From Octopus bimaculoides (Eukaryota), in NCBI RefSeq assembly GCF_001194135.2, contig NC_068982.1, positions 141,188,697 through 141,240,248 on the forward strand: 51,552 nt of DNA. Direction: 5' to 3'. Below, piece after piece: positions 38,636-51,552 of this stretch (the stretch's first letter is position 1; every line of letters starts with the position of its first letter). Both the position numbers and the translations under genes were made by a program. Under the pieces are notes generated by a model, which was given only the letters and a program-made list of their open reading frames with translations, was not told the DNA's origin and searched no databases.

Positions 38636-40829
38636 TGTGTGTGTGTGCGTGTGTGTGTGTGGGTGTGTGGGTGTGTGTGTGTGCATAGATAATACAGAGA
38701 CCGCAAGGCAGGCCAGCGAGAGAGAGAAAAGTGTTATAAGATATGAGAAAATATATTTACGTGCTCACGTAAATCTAATATCAGAGTTATATGTCAAAAG
38801 GCTGGATTGTTAGCAGAGATATGTGTGTTATATCAAATTTGAAAACTTAACCAGATTTTCTACCCTGGTTGGGCTGTTTCCGAATGTGTCAGAAGCAACG
38901 CGTATACAAAATACAACGTGATAAAATATTAATAAAATATAATTAGATGATATATTCTATGCGAGAATTTTTCATGGATAAAATTAATGTTCCAGTTACT
39001 GTAATATTATTTCAAAATATGGTCTGAGATCAAATCACTTCTCAAAGAAAAGAATGTTATGAATATGTAAAATGTTGCTTTATATGATCTAAAATCTAAT
39101 ACTGACTTATTTTTCTAAAATATTTTACAATGTATTATTTTTCTCTAATACTTTGTATATTTATCTGTAATAAAATTATAAAATATCTATTACAGCAAAG
39201 TATATAGTATTTCTCTTGAAATTTGTGCATGTTATATAACAATGTATGTCTGGTCTCGAGGAACAAATTTTAATATTTAGAATCAAAGATCAAAAGGTTC
39301 ACTAAAATATATCAATCCAGAGAGTTTCTATAATTGTTTATTTTAGAAAACTTTACTTTGTGTTATTTGAGTGTTTGATTTAACAGGAAGTTATCTTCAT
39401 AGTGACAAAGATGAAGATGCTCTCATTTCAACGCGCTCGAATTTACTCGTGATCAATGCATCCCGATTGTTAATATACTGTTTCTCTTCTATGCATTGCC
39501 TCAAGAGCTAATATGTCCTTCCTTATTTAAGATATTAATGAGGAAAATGACTACTGGCTAGAATTATTAGTTTGGAACATGATTTAATGTGAATCCGTTT
39601 TATGTTTGCATAAGTCTATCTCAAATGTTTTAGTTAATTTAGTCATATGCAAAATCCCACATTATGTAACTATTGCGTTTTGCGAAATACGTTGAAATTT
39701 AAAGGGCTAAAGTTTAAAATTTACTCGACATAATCATCTGTTGAAATGATCGAATCGTTAAAGTAGACAGCTCCGAGGTGATCCTAGATAGTCGTCTTTG
39801 CACATTGAGTTGTAGATTGAAATTGATTTCATTATTTATAGTTTTAATATAAAACAATATATATTTTTTAATGAACGCTGAAATTTATAAGTATGTATTT
39901 GTCTATCATTTCTGAGATATGTTCAATGAAAATACAGTAAATCTCCAGTTACCAACTAAACGCCGACAATTCTAAAAATGAGTGAATATTTTTTTTTTCA
40001 CAATGTCTCTAAACAATATCCGATGAATGATACACGATGACTAACGGTACACAAAATACTTTAGCTAAAGATATATTTGTTTAAATTATGTTATCCTAAA
40101 AATTTTATAGAAAAATTTTATAGTCCCCTACTTATTGTAAACCATAACATACTTTGTATCATAAAATATATTTTCTATAAAACTAATCTCTTTACAGCTT
40201 AATGTTTTTCCATCCATCTCTATATTACATATACACAAAAACCCAACGATACTGTGTCTATATCAATACATTTTATGCATGTTTTGCTTTATTTCATATT
40301 TCACAGCATATTCGTCTTCGAAATAAATAATAGTTATCATTGTGTTTATGACTGCAAGTTTTAATAGAAACTTTTTTTTATCTATGAATATACACACGTA
40401 TATTTATTGCGTCTGCAACAATTCAGTTACTTACATATGCCTCCAGAATATGGCGTATTACAAAATAATCTTTACTTACAACTTTAGTTGCTTGAAGCAA
40501 AAGCAAACACAATACATTAGATATAAGAAAATAATATTTAGCCATATTTCAACGATCAATTCTTTTCTTATAATAAGAAATAACAAACTACGATGTTTAC
40601 TTAACCACTAACACATCATATTTCAAAACAAATTGATTAAACTTGGCTATATTTAATAATGCTAAAAAAAACGCCCTTCAAATTGGGAGAACTGATCCAT
40701 TTGTAAGCGAATTTCATCTACAAATGCTTTTGAAGTTTAATTCAGTGAGATATTTTAATGTGTGCTCAATAACAGTTCGCGTACAGCTATTTCAAGTGTT
40801 ATCTCATATAACCGGTTTCAACTTCTGGC

Positions 40830-40935
40830 ACAATGTCAGCAAGTTTTGGAGAGCAGAAGTCAATTACATGGTCTCCAATGTCCAACTGTGACTTATTTTA
40901 TCGACCGCGAGAGGATGAAACGCAAAGACGAGTGA
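40830..40935 (-). mobile_element. SINE family B, degenerate
   Basis: GGCACAATGTCAGCAAGTTTTGG..CAACTGTGACTTATTTTATCGACCGCGAGAGGATGAAACGCAAAG. Confidence 0.6.
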
Positions 40936-41164
40936 GGGTGGGTGGTGAACCATGATTAATGATTTTCGTAGACATGATGTTCAAAGCCTTTTCCTCCTTA
41001 CCAGCGTCATCAATATCAAAACTACGACTACATACACTTATCAATTATTCTACTATTATTGACATCGACTTCGTAATTGTCATGAAAATTATTTTCAACA
41101 CAGTCATCATAATCGTCATCAGCATCGTTATCATTGTCGCCGTCGCTTTTGCTGTTCTTATCGT

Positions 41165-41191
41165 CATCCCCATATCATCATCATCATCATT

Positions 41192-41236
<45 letters not shown>
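41165..41236. repeat. (CAT)n microsatellite
   Basis: Read directly; explains the poly-Ser ORF. Confidence 0.95.
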
Positions 41237-44200
41237 TATAAACCCGTAACTGTTGAGAGGCTCACTGCGTCATTGTTAAATTCAAAGAAATTTGCATTGT
41301 CACCGTTTCCGTCCTGCACACTTCGTCTGGATGCAAATCAACCCTCGAACATTTAGAGGAGTAGTGTATACATTACATACAAAGCATTGTTCTCATAAGC
41401 CAACTTGAAAGTAAAATATTCAACAAAATGATATATCTGCACAAAAACAAGCGAATATAAAGTTTCGAAATTTTGATATTAAAATAACATATAATGGAGG
41501 AAGCAGAAAGAACAACGAAGACGGAGAGACGAAAACACAAACACATCTGAAGCGTATATTGAGTTTCATACAAAAATTGAAAGCAGAAGAATGAATTTAA
41601 ACATAATACGGAAAGGAAGAAAATAAATGTTGGCTCAAGGTAGAATAATTATGTTATATTAGCAAAAAGGAGAAGCTGTAGATATAATAAGTGATGGGTA
41701 TTGTTGGACATATCATTACATACGTATACAACTGAATAATAGTTTTGTTTTTTCTATATGTTATATGTAGATATATATATATGTAAAACTGAACATTCGT
41801 TATGTTATACACACACTTATACATGTGTACATCTACATAAAAATACACACGCTCATAAACGCACATGTATATATATATAGATAGATAGATAGATAGATAG
41901 ATACACATACACAGACACATAGATATTTATACACGCACACATACACACTCGCACACAATATATAAGTGCTACCACATATTTGTTGTATTTCGGTGTCGTT
42001 ATACGTTCATGTGTTTGACGACATATATGTACGTGTCAATATGCATATAAATACCTATCTAGTTAATATACATACAACATACATCCACCCATAAATATAT
42101 ACACACATACATGTATATATGCATACATACATACGCATATGCAGACACTGTTTTAAGAACCTACTGCAATGGAAATATGTTAACAAATATTAAGGTAAAT
42201 AATTATGGCATTGACTTCCTTTTCATCCCTTGGAAATATTTATGAGGTCCTTAATGTTCGAATAGATATACCTAAATGCAGATTAATTGTTAGAGAGTAA
42301 TATGCGAATTGAAGACGTATGCTCGGTTATATTTTTGTGCTACGAACAAAAGTTCGAGAGGCCTTGTAAGTGGCAAATAGTTGAAACCCTATGACTACAT
42401 CGGATTTCGTATGTCTGCGCAAAAAGCTTCGAAATAACAAGGCGCAATATTTTGTTTTCTAGAACAACAATTCTTTTCGAATGTCCTATTGTAAACAACA
42501 GAATAACGCGTAAATCTCGTATTTTTCAAAACCGAATCATTGTACTTATGCTTCAGAATTTCGTGACTCTTTTGTTATCTACAGGTGTATGTCTAGAAGA
42601 GTAAAGTCATTGAGTAATAAATTTTTATTACAATCGTATACTAAATGCATTGACGCATACAGCCCTCTGAAGAATCTTCTATATTTGCAAATATTTTAAG
42701 ATAATACGCATTTCTATATTTTGGGACGATCATATTTTACACAAATAAATACACGCACTATATATTCGTTCTTCACTTCAGCTTTATCTTTCTCATATTT
42801 GTGACCTCTGACTTAAATTTCTCGTTACACATCCTGTGACTTTCGCTCCCGCGTTCCACCTCCTATTCTGTTTTGTTCATTGGACTAAACAGAAAAGGAC
42901 TCAAAAATATGAACTATAACGAAGTAGAAGTGAAGAACAAATATATAGTTTTTAGTTGGAAAAAAATGACCATCACGAAATATAACGATATCTGTTTCAA
43001 CTAACGATTTCATTTGAGGAAACTTCCAGAACAAAAACATAGAGGTTAAAAGAAAAAAAAAAATTCCTTTTACAGAAATGAATGTAATTTGAATTACTTG
43101 TGAAGAATAACTTTGATGAAGACAAGTCTAAAATAAACTTTTCCCCTTTACTCCGCAATACATCGACTCTTCTTTGGGATTTGTATTTAATGACCTGTAG
43201 ATTTCTTTAAGATCGTGCATTTTGTATTTTACCGCTTACGTTTTAAAACTCTTAGCGCGTATTGTTGTGATATATAGCTATTTTATGAATTTGTTGTTCT
43301 GTAATTTACTAAAGTGACATGAATAAAGTTTAATTTGGCGTGTTTGGTTGCTGTAGTTGTTACTGTTGATGTGCTTGTCATTTTTTGTTGCTGTTTAGTT
43401 GCATTCCTTTATTTGACCCTTGTATTATTGCATTTGTTCTTCCTACAGTCGGTGACTTAGCTGGTTTCGCTCTTGTGGTGTTTTACTTTTAGTTACGTAT
43501 CGTATCGTGTTGTGGTTGCATTACACAAGCTGGTACCGACTATCTATTATCGCGCCTGGTAATATGTACAACCGTCTCTCATATATCTTCTCATGACGAA
43601 ATTAGTATCCTTCTGCACAATATTCAGTTATTAGATAGGAAAAAGTCTAAACAAGCCTTCGGTTTCGTCTCGGAAATTTTAATTGCACGCTTTAGTTTGT
43701 AAGAAACATTGAGCAACTTCTTCCTGGAAAAATATACTTACTCAACAGAGATTTTTGGAAACTTCTCCACCACTTCGTAAATTGAAACGGTTTTGATAAT
43801 TTGTATATGCATAAAAATATTTTCCATTTTTGTATCAGTGGCAATCTTAGCATATAAAAAGTAGTATGACAGTTCTCAGGAGTTTGAATAATAATGATTT
43901 TGCTGCATTATTCGGCTAAACTGGTTGCCGGAACTCGGCGTACGATTGTTTACAACTCTTTTTAATGCTCACACAATTTTCTACGACTTCATTGGTCTTC
44001 TACCGTTGCTACTCGTACGTGGATACCAAATAATATTTGGCTTCACTTGTTCATGCCGTTTTGTAAAAGGCCGCATAAGTAAGAGGTGTATGGATTTTAA
44101 AAAATCTATTCTCACAAGAAGATAATAGAATACTGGTGAAAGTAATTACGAATAACTTTTCCAGAAATGGGATTAGACGAAGAATTACAGATTTGATTGG

Positions 44201-45632
44201 AGTAGACATCAGAGTCGTCATAATTTATTTTCTTACTTTCAAATTTCGAATACACCGAAGAGAAATCAAGTCTAGAAAGCCAGCAATGCAAATGTGAGCA
44301 TTGTACAATGTATATAAATAATTTGTAGAGTATAGAATAAAATATTTATTAAAATAAATATAGGGTTTATATATCATAAGAAGATATCATAGAAATCAAG
44401 TTTGAATCTTCATCGATGATTCAACAGAATTTAAATTACAGAAATGTTTTTTAAAGCTACTCACAATTTAGTGATCGTCGAAAAGACGTAGCAAAGTTAA
44501 CGATGAATGCGTACTACAGATTCGCCAAGAGTATGACATTAATTAATTACTTAGTTACTTTAATGATAATGCAATTTCCTACACGCTGCACATCTGTTCT
44601 GATAAGAAATTACAGTCAAGAGTAATTTTTAAGTAGAGGTGATTTGTATCTTCCGACTACAGTGTTGGTGACGAAGACAGGTTTTATGTTATTATCAGCA
44701 GATTGGACAACACTTACATTTGAGAATCTTCTCAGATCAAAGAGAATTCATTCCACACAGACAGTAACACACATCCTGAAGATTAATGTTAAAACTGGAG
44801 TAGAAAAATTCTTAAGATGTCAGCAAAGTAAATGTGAGTATTGTATAATGTATATATTGAATTTGTAGAATATGGAATAACATACTTTTTAAAATAAATG
44901 TGATTTTTATATATCATAGTAAGACAACCTAAAGTTCAATAATTTGTCCAATTAGAATCACATGACATTGCGTCTACTTTTCTGAAAAGGAAAATAGGAA
45001 TTATGTTAATAACTTAATGCTTTCAAAGACATTTAGTTTTAACTTGAGTATATTTTACTCAAAAAGTAGAAATTTTAAATGGAGAAGAGCATTAAAAAAC
45101 TTCGAAGTTCGAAGTCAACAAAGTAACAGAATCAAACTAAAAATCTATAGCGGAAGATTTTATGCAATCTAATAAGTTTACTATGCATCATTTTTGGTGA
45201 GCAAGACCATGTTTTCAAATGAAAATATTAAATATAGAAAATGATGGAGTGAAAGTTCTTGTACACAATCTAATATTACATTCAACACTGTTACCTGCTG
45301 TTCTTGTTATGTACGTCCAGTATGACATGTCTTAGGCTGTTTATTAGCAAATATACTATTTGTTGATTTTCTAAATAAGAACAACCGTTCTTTAACAGCT
45401 GTGAGTGACTGATTGGGTGTAAAGTACATAGTTGAGGAGTTTTAATGAGGAAAAAACAATTGCACACTCAGACCGATAAGATCTTTCAAAGCTTACTTAG
45501 CAATTTTCCCACGTAGCTGTATACAGATAATTTCCTCCGGACATGCCTTTGCAGCAAAATGTCATCCCACTTCCAAACAGTGAGGAGGAAGAAGCTAAAT
45601 ATTATTGTGCAGCCCTAATTCTTCTTAATGTA

Positions 45633-45692
<60 letters not shown>
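45633..45692. repeat. (TC)n microsatellite
   Basis: Read directly from the sequence. Confidence 0.95.
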
Positions 45693-46539
45693 GTGTATGT
45701 TTAAACACGGCGCAAACAGACAGACACCACACGCATACACATATATATAAATATGAGGACGCATATTGACTCATTAATTAACATTATTTCAACATATACC
45801 GTGTATTTCAATATCATACATAACACTTCAAATGTTCTATTGTCTACCATATTAAGTTTAATATTTAATTATCATGTCTCTCATTTATACAATGCCACTA
45901 CCACTCATTTTTTTATCATTTTTCCTTTATTGTATCGACACATACACTTCGATATCTATCTCCTTACGTTTATATTCATGTAAATATACTTGTAATTTAC
46001 TGTCTTTTACCTGCATCATTCACAAACGCTTCTTAATATTTTCCTTTCTTTCCGTTTTGGTTTTATTGTCACATGTAATGATGCAATTACTTTTCAATTT
46101 AATACACTTTTAACCAGATTTTCTTAAGCATTATTCATATATTTAAACGCCTCCAATCTTTTAGTTCTTTCTTTCTATATATATATATATACACATACCA
46201 TTTAATATCCTTTAATTTTCCTCATCTAAACCAGTTTTACTCGTATCCCTCTCAGCGATACATTTTATCTCATGAGTGCTAGAGAACTACTACGTTTTCT
46301 CTAATATAGTTATCAACTTCTAATTCATGTCATTTAAAGATTTATCTCAGCGTTGCTGTCATCCTTTTAAATTAGCAGTCAACCTTAGGTTAACATACGT
46401 CAAGCGATAGCATACATATATGCTCAACCCAACCTACGGTGTTTGCCATAGTACATGCCTCCGAATTTACAGCTTAAAAAGCGTTTGTCTGTGTGTTTTT
46501 GTGTATGTCTGTGTATGTGCGCGCATTTGTGCATACGTG

Positions 46540-46690
46540 TGGGTGGAGCATGTGGTTTAGCGGTAACGGTTTTGCGCTCATGGTGGTAAGATTGTGGTTT
46601 CGATTCTTAAACTGGGAAAATGAGTTGAGTTATTCAACAAAACACTTCATTTCATGTTGCACAAGTTGATTCAACCAGCAAAAATAAACA
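46540..46690 (+). mobile_element. tRNA-derived SINE head (family D)
   Basis: A-box-like TGGTTTAGCGG and B-box GGTTTCGATTC, then CAAAACACTTCATTTCATGTTGC. Confidence 0.7.
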
Positions 46691-47419
46691 ATCTCAAAAA
46701 TAAAGAGGCGCCTCATTCAGGGCGGAATAAAAGAAAATATTCANNNNNNNNNNNNNNNNNNNNNNNNNNNNNNNNNNNNNNNNNNNNNNNNNNNNNNNNN
46801 NNNNNNNNNNNNNNNNNNNNNNNNNNNNNNNNNNNNNNNNNNNNNNNNNNNNNNNNNNNNNNNNNNNNNNNNNNNNNNNNNNNNNNNNNNNNNNNNNNNN
46901 NNNNNNNNNNNNNNNNNNNNNNNNNNNNNNNNNNNNNNNNNNNNNNNNNNNNNNNNNNNNNNNNNNNNNNNNNNNNNNNNNNNNNNNNNNNNNNNNNNNN
47001 NNNNNNNNNNNNNNNNNNNNNNNNNNNNNNNNNNNNNNNNNNNNNNNNNNNNNNNNNNNNNNNNNNNNNNNNNNNNNNNNNNNNNNNNNNNNNNNNNNNN
47101 NNNNNNNNNNNNNNNNNNNNNNNNNNNNNNNNNNNNNNNNNNNNNNNNNNNNNNNNNNNNNNNNNNNNNNNNNNNNNNNNNNNNNNNNNNNNNNNNNNNN
47201 NNNNNNNNNNNNNNNNNNNNNNNNNNNNNNNNNNNNNNNNNNNNNNNNNNNNNNNNNNNNNNNNNNNNNNNNNNNNNNNNNNNNNNNNNNNNNNNNNNNN
47301 NNNNNNNNNNNNNNNNNNNNNNNNNNNNNNNNNNNNNNNNNNNNNNNNNNNNNNNNNNNNNNNNNNNNNNNNNNNNNNNNNNNNNNNNNNNNNNNNNNNN
47401 NNNNNNNNNNNNNATATAT

Positions 47420-47710
47420 ATATGTGGGATTTTACCAATAGAACCGCAACTCGTGTTTCAGGATAACCTTATCAGTCCTTCAAAAAATCTCTAATTAATA
47501 AATTCGACAAGTCTAAGTAAATACATATCGGGGTTAAAATCTAATAAAATAGAATACACTCTTAATTGGAATATCATTTATAGAGCGAAGTCATATAGAA
47601 TAGGGAATAAAATGTGCTTATGCATAGCAGAGTTTATGAAAATATTCCAGTCGAGAGAGGTATTATTGCGCAGTATTGAAGAGGGAGGAAAAAATCCGAC
47701 ATAAGTTTAA
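47420..47710 (+). pseudogene. PLE C-terminal GIY-YIG endonuclease fragment (AT-rich family)
   Basis: STSLSKYISGLKSNKIEYTLNWNIIYRAKSYRIGNKMCLCIAE..KI..LL. Confidence 0.8.
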
Positions 47711-48179
47711 CATTACGTATAATAGAATAAAAAAATATACAAAATTATAACCTCATCCGCACCCAGTATGTAATCTCTTAAAGAATTATGAGGAAGATAG
47801 TTTAATGTAGTTATAATAAAATTTTATAGTAGTATTTGATACGGATATACCAGGAACCAAGTTTTTATTAAAAAATCTCTAAGTCTTTAACACTATAAAG
47901 AAATCCCAGGGTACAGCTAGATTTCAAAGTATCTAGTTATTATCTCCCGTTGAATTCAACCTCTTTAATATTAATTATTAGCCTTGGAGAATTTTATTTG
48001 ATTTAACTTATTCCCATAATACTTAGCGCATGACAGAGGGAGCAGCCATTTGCACAGAAACGAGAAGGATTAAACATTATATTGAAAAGTATTATTCCTT
48101 TGTTATTTTTTTTAATAGATTTTTTTATCAGTTTCCTTCAATAAATTTATAATGTATATAGTATGTTTTACTAAATAAT

Positions 48180-48870
48180 CTTTTCAAATTCTATTAATTT
48201 ACGTTTGGCATATACAAATGGTAATTTATACTTGTATAGATAGAGGTAAATCTGACACTAAATTATTAATTCCCGTAATCTTTATATAGATAGTTTTGAA
48301 GATTTGATGTGTTTATAATATAGTCGTTGAGGGTTACTTTAGGTTTAGCATTTTCTATATATATATATCAGTAATATAATTTTAGGTGTTTCATTTTAAA
48401 TTTAAAAAAAAAATTCATTGATCTAATTTTTAAAATATATTTATGATTTATACATTTTTATTATATTCTTATTTTTCTATTTAATATGACTTATGATATG
48501 TATTTTTTAATCTTGATCCGTTAAGATAAATAACCTGAGGACGAAGTGGTGGATTTATGTATTAGGTATAAACACCCCACCAGCGTCTGCGTGTAGCATT
48601 AATTAAAAATATCTTCTTCCCCCACAGACTAATAACAGGTAAGTTATATATATTTTTTTCAAATATTCTTTCAAATAATTTTACTGTACTTTATAGTAGG
48701 TTTTTAAAATGCTTATGCTATTTTATTGGATATAACTTTCTATGTGTATTCCATACAATAAAGTTATCCTGAAATAGGAGTTGCTGTTCTATTGGTAAAA
48801 TTCCAAATTTGTAATAATATTGTAAATTATACTGATTACATTGCATTATTAAAGTGTAAAATAGTAAATG
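48180..48870 (-). pseudogene. Highly degenerate PLE reverse transcriptase fragment
   Basis: KFGI...FIVWNTHRKLYPIK (resembles YW.PK.HK.P.K) near 48720-48820 and RFTSIYTSI (resembles FDFTSLYT.I) at 48227-48250. Confidence 0.45.
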
Positions 48871-48881
48871 TCCTGATAACA

Positions 48882-49051
48882 GGACAGTAGTGGCTGTGTG
48901 GTAAGTAGCTTGTTCACCAACCACATGGTTCCGGGTTCATTTCCACTGCGTGGCATCTTGGGCAAGTGCCTTCTACTATAGCCTCGGACCGACCAAAGCC
49001 TTGTGTGTGGATTTGGTAGTGGGAAACTGAAAGAAGCCCGTCGTATGTATG

Positions 49052-49090
<39 letters not shown>

Positions 49091-49118
49091 NNNNNNNNNN
49101 AAGCCCGTCGTATGTATG

Positions 49119-49162
<44 letters not shown>

Positions 49163-49379
49163 AGTATATGTTTGTGTGTCTGTGTTATTCCCCCGCCCCA
49201 ACATCGCTTGATAACCAATACTGGTGCGTTTACGCCCCAATAACGTAGCGGTTCGGCAAAAGAGACTAATATAATAAGTACTAGGCTTACAAAGAATAAG
49301 TCCTGGGATCGATTTGCTCGACTAAAGGCGGTGCTCCAGCATGGCTGAAGTTAATTGAATGAAACAAGTAAAAGAGTAT
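48882..49379 (+). mobile_element. Full-length composite SINE family A
   Basis: All modules present; the segment 49034-49090 is repeated at 49101-49160 across a 10-N gap (probable assembly artefact). Confidence 0.9.
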
Positions 49380-49837
49380 ATGTATACACATATATAGAAA
49401 GGAATCTATATATATAGAAAGACACTGGATGCGAGAGAGAGAGAAAGAATTTAGAATACCTAGCGTGTTGGAGACGAGGTCATTTGGTAATCTTTGCAGA
49501 TCACTGTACTCTGCGTTCAAAAACATTTTGTGAACTGTGGATAAATGGAATGTTAGTACACAGGGAAAAATAGTTCCTACCATTGTTCTACCACTGCTAG
49601 TATTCTGAGTTCATATTTCGCTTTTTTGCAAATGGAATAAAAAAAGGGAATGATAAATGGCTTTACTAAATCCGACACAGTCATTAATTACCTTGGTAAA
49701 TTTTAATGAAATATCAAAGATTTCGGCTTAGTAAGGCTAAAGTGAATATACCGTCAGCTCATAGCATAATAGTGATTCCAAATCCTTTGCTCATCTCGGA
49801 GGAAAGATATATACCTATTAGGTACTATTCAAGAAGA

Positions 49838-50578
49838 GGCGTTCCGGTGCGCGCTCTCACGCTTTGCGCTAGTTTGTCATGACTAGTCGATCCTACAACG
49901 ACTATCTAGCGCGAACGCGCAAACATGTAGGAGGGGTTCTTTTTAAACAAAGTAAATATGTTTTTTTAACAAAGTAAATAAAACACAAAGTAAATCATTT
50001 TTGTTGTTGTTGAATCTTCCCCATCTTATTCTTAAAACGTCGTTTTACGTTCTTCCAGGGTGTGTTTTTCGGTGTCACATCTATTGCAGTAATCCCATTG
50101 TACGCACTCCAACAATCAGAATATATAGTCGTTCTTGGTTTGATAATTTTTTAAATAAGTATTAGAAGAGATTCAAAAGAACAGTCTGGTACAAAGATTA
50201 AAAACCTATTTTTATCCTGGCTATTCCATCCTCCGTTGTATTTGCGCTTGCACATCATTGATTCATCTATTTCTACGATGTGCCCAAGTCCACTAATTTC
50301 GTAGGGGTTACGCAAAAGAAAATTACTTGTAATGTCCCTCATGTACTGATACCATTGAACAGCAGTAGATTTTGAAGGACCGACTTTTTAATTTACTCTT
50401 CACCAAAAACAGGTAGTGCATAATTTATTTACTTTGTTTAAAAAAAAATTATTTACTTTGTTTAGAAAAAAAACCCACATATATGTTTTGCGCATGACGC
50501 GCACTCGCGGTTGGTAGTCGTAGGATCGACTAGTCACGACTCGCTAGCGCGGATGCGCGATTGCGCGCACCGGGCGCC
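49838..50578 (-). mobile_element. Merlin (IS1595/ISXO2-like) DNA transposon deletion derivative with about 140-bp TIRs
   Basis: Termini GGCG..CCGGTGCGCG and CGCGCACCGGGCGCC; shared GACTAGTCGATCCTAC and AAACAAAGTAAATA subrepeats; internal AVQWYQYMRDI..GHIVEIDES..KRKYN..VPDCS..L..I.P.TTIYSDCWSAYN. Confidence 0.9.
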
Positions 50579-51032
50579 ACTCAGCTTTGTGCGTGGAGGT
50601 TAAAACAAAAATGAAGTACCTATTATTTGACTTGTGCCAAATAGCACAGCAAACAGATTTCTTACGCCAAACACTGGACTGGGCGTATTAGTTGTAACAA
50701 CTATCGCTGCACACAATTTTTAGACAATAAAAACTACTGTGATTCCATAAAGATAGAGCAAATAAATGGAGTTGTTTCTGAATATCAGAGTAAACTAAAT
50801 TATTGTAAAGACTAGAGATTACCATAGTAGATGAATGTAAATGTTGGCAATAATATGTGTGAAATAATATTTTTTACGATAAAAATACAATATGGAATGA
50901 AACGATACATTTCCATCTTGAAAAGGAAAGAAAATTATACACGGTGGACACGTATTCAGGGGAAATGACGGGGAAGGGAATGAAGCCGTTTTCGTTACAG
51001 GATGTCAAAATATGAAAGTGTGACCAGTGGTT

Positions 51033-51033
51033 A

Positions 51034-51092
<59 letters not shown>

Positions 51093-51240
51093 TTATCTAT
51101 CATTCTATCTATTTATCTATCATTCTATCTATTTATCTATCTATTTATTTATCTATCATTCTATCTATTTATATATCAATCTAACTATTTATCTCTATGT
51201 CTATCCATTTATCTATCTATTTCTCTACCTACCTATCGGT
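51033..51240. repeat. (TATC)n microsatellite with TATT/CATT variants
   Basis: Read directly; explains the IYLS ORFs. Confidence 0.95.
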
Positions 51241-51552
51241 CTATGAATCTGTCACACCTAAACAAACATACTTCTTTACAAAGTTTTATTCGCATGAATA
51301 AATCCTTAAAAAAACGTAAATCCAAATTTTATCGATAAGTATTTTTCAAAACACTTTCCTAGCATCCAAATTATCTTTCACCCAACAACGTAATTTCCGT
51401 CAACTGAACACCACAAAAGCCCTGAAGAAAAGTGATCCCAACAAATGATAAGTTAATGCATTTCAACCCGACGATGGATTAAAAAGCTTAAACTTAAAAG
51501 TCATCACTGACACTACGAATACACTTTTATTCTTTTACTCCTGCGCCTATAT

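Noticed and set aside
39385-39510. Acceptor-like TTTAACAG followed by a 41-codon frame (SYLHSDKDEDAL...)
   Set aside because: No recognisable homology or clear donor; expected by chance in 50 kb.
46540-46615. tRNA-like A and B boxes as a real tRNA gene
   Set aside because: No cloverleaf or acceptor stem, and it continues into a SINE body.
48533-48600. CTGAGGA followed by a hairpin (TGGTGG/CCACCA) as a further hammerhead
   Set aside because: No GAAA or helix III.
47420-48800. Very AT-rich block that looked like a mitochondrial insertion
   Set aside because: No mitochondrial gene motifs; translation gives PLE domains instead.
5-51338. Many ORFs such as HTHT, IYIY, CVCV, IYLS, poly-Ser and X-filled frames
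   Set aside because: They are translations of microsatellites or N-gaps, not genes.

Overview
AT-rich, repeat-dominated eukaryotic DNA from a draft assembly with 14 N-gaps, many flanked by microsatellites. The SINE families and the TA/CA/TATC microsatellite load point to an octopus, possibly Octopus bimaculoides; this is inferred from recognising the repeats, not from a search. I can support no intact protein-coding gene, tRNA, rRNA or CRISPR. The ORF track is almost entirely microsatellite, gap or transposon-relic noise. The window holds decayed mobile elements. These include at least four SINE families and several Penelope-like element (PLE) fragments (two RT, four GIY-YIG endonuclease). 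There are also R4/Dong-type RT and endonuclease fragments, an L1/Tx1-type RT, a rosa/DD41D-like Tc1-mariner, a Chapaev3-like transposase and a Merlin deletion derivative with both TIRs. The most notable signal is four type I hammerhead-ribozyme (HHR) motifs with self-complementary helix III. The one at 25368-25435 looks nearly intact, and the one at 38491-38523 lies in the 3' region of a PLE endonuclease fragment. All alignments and folds were done by eye, and boundaries are approximate.
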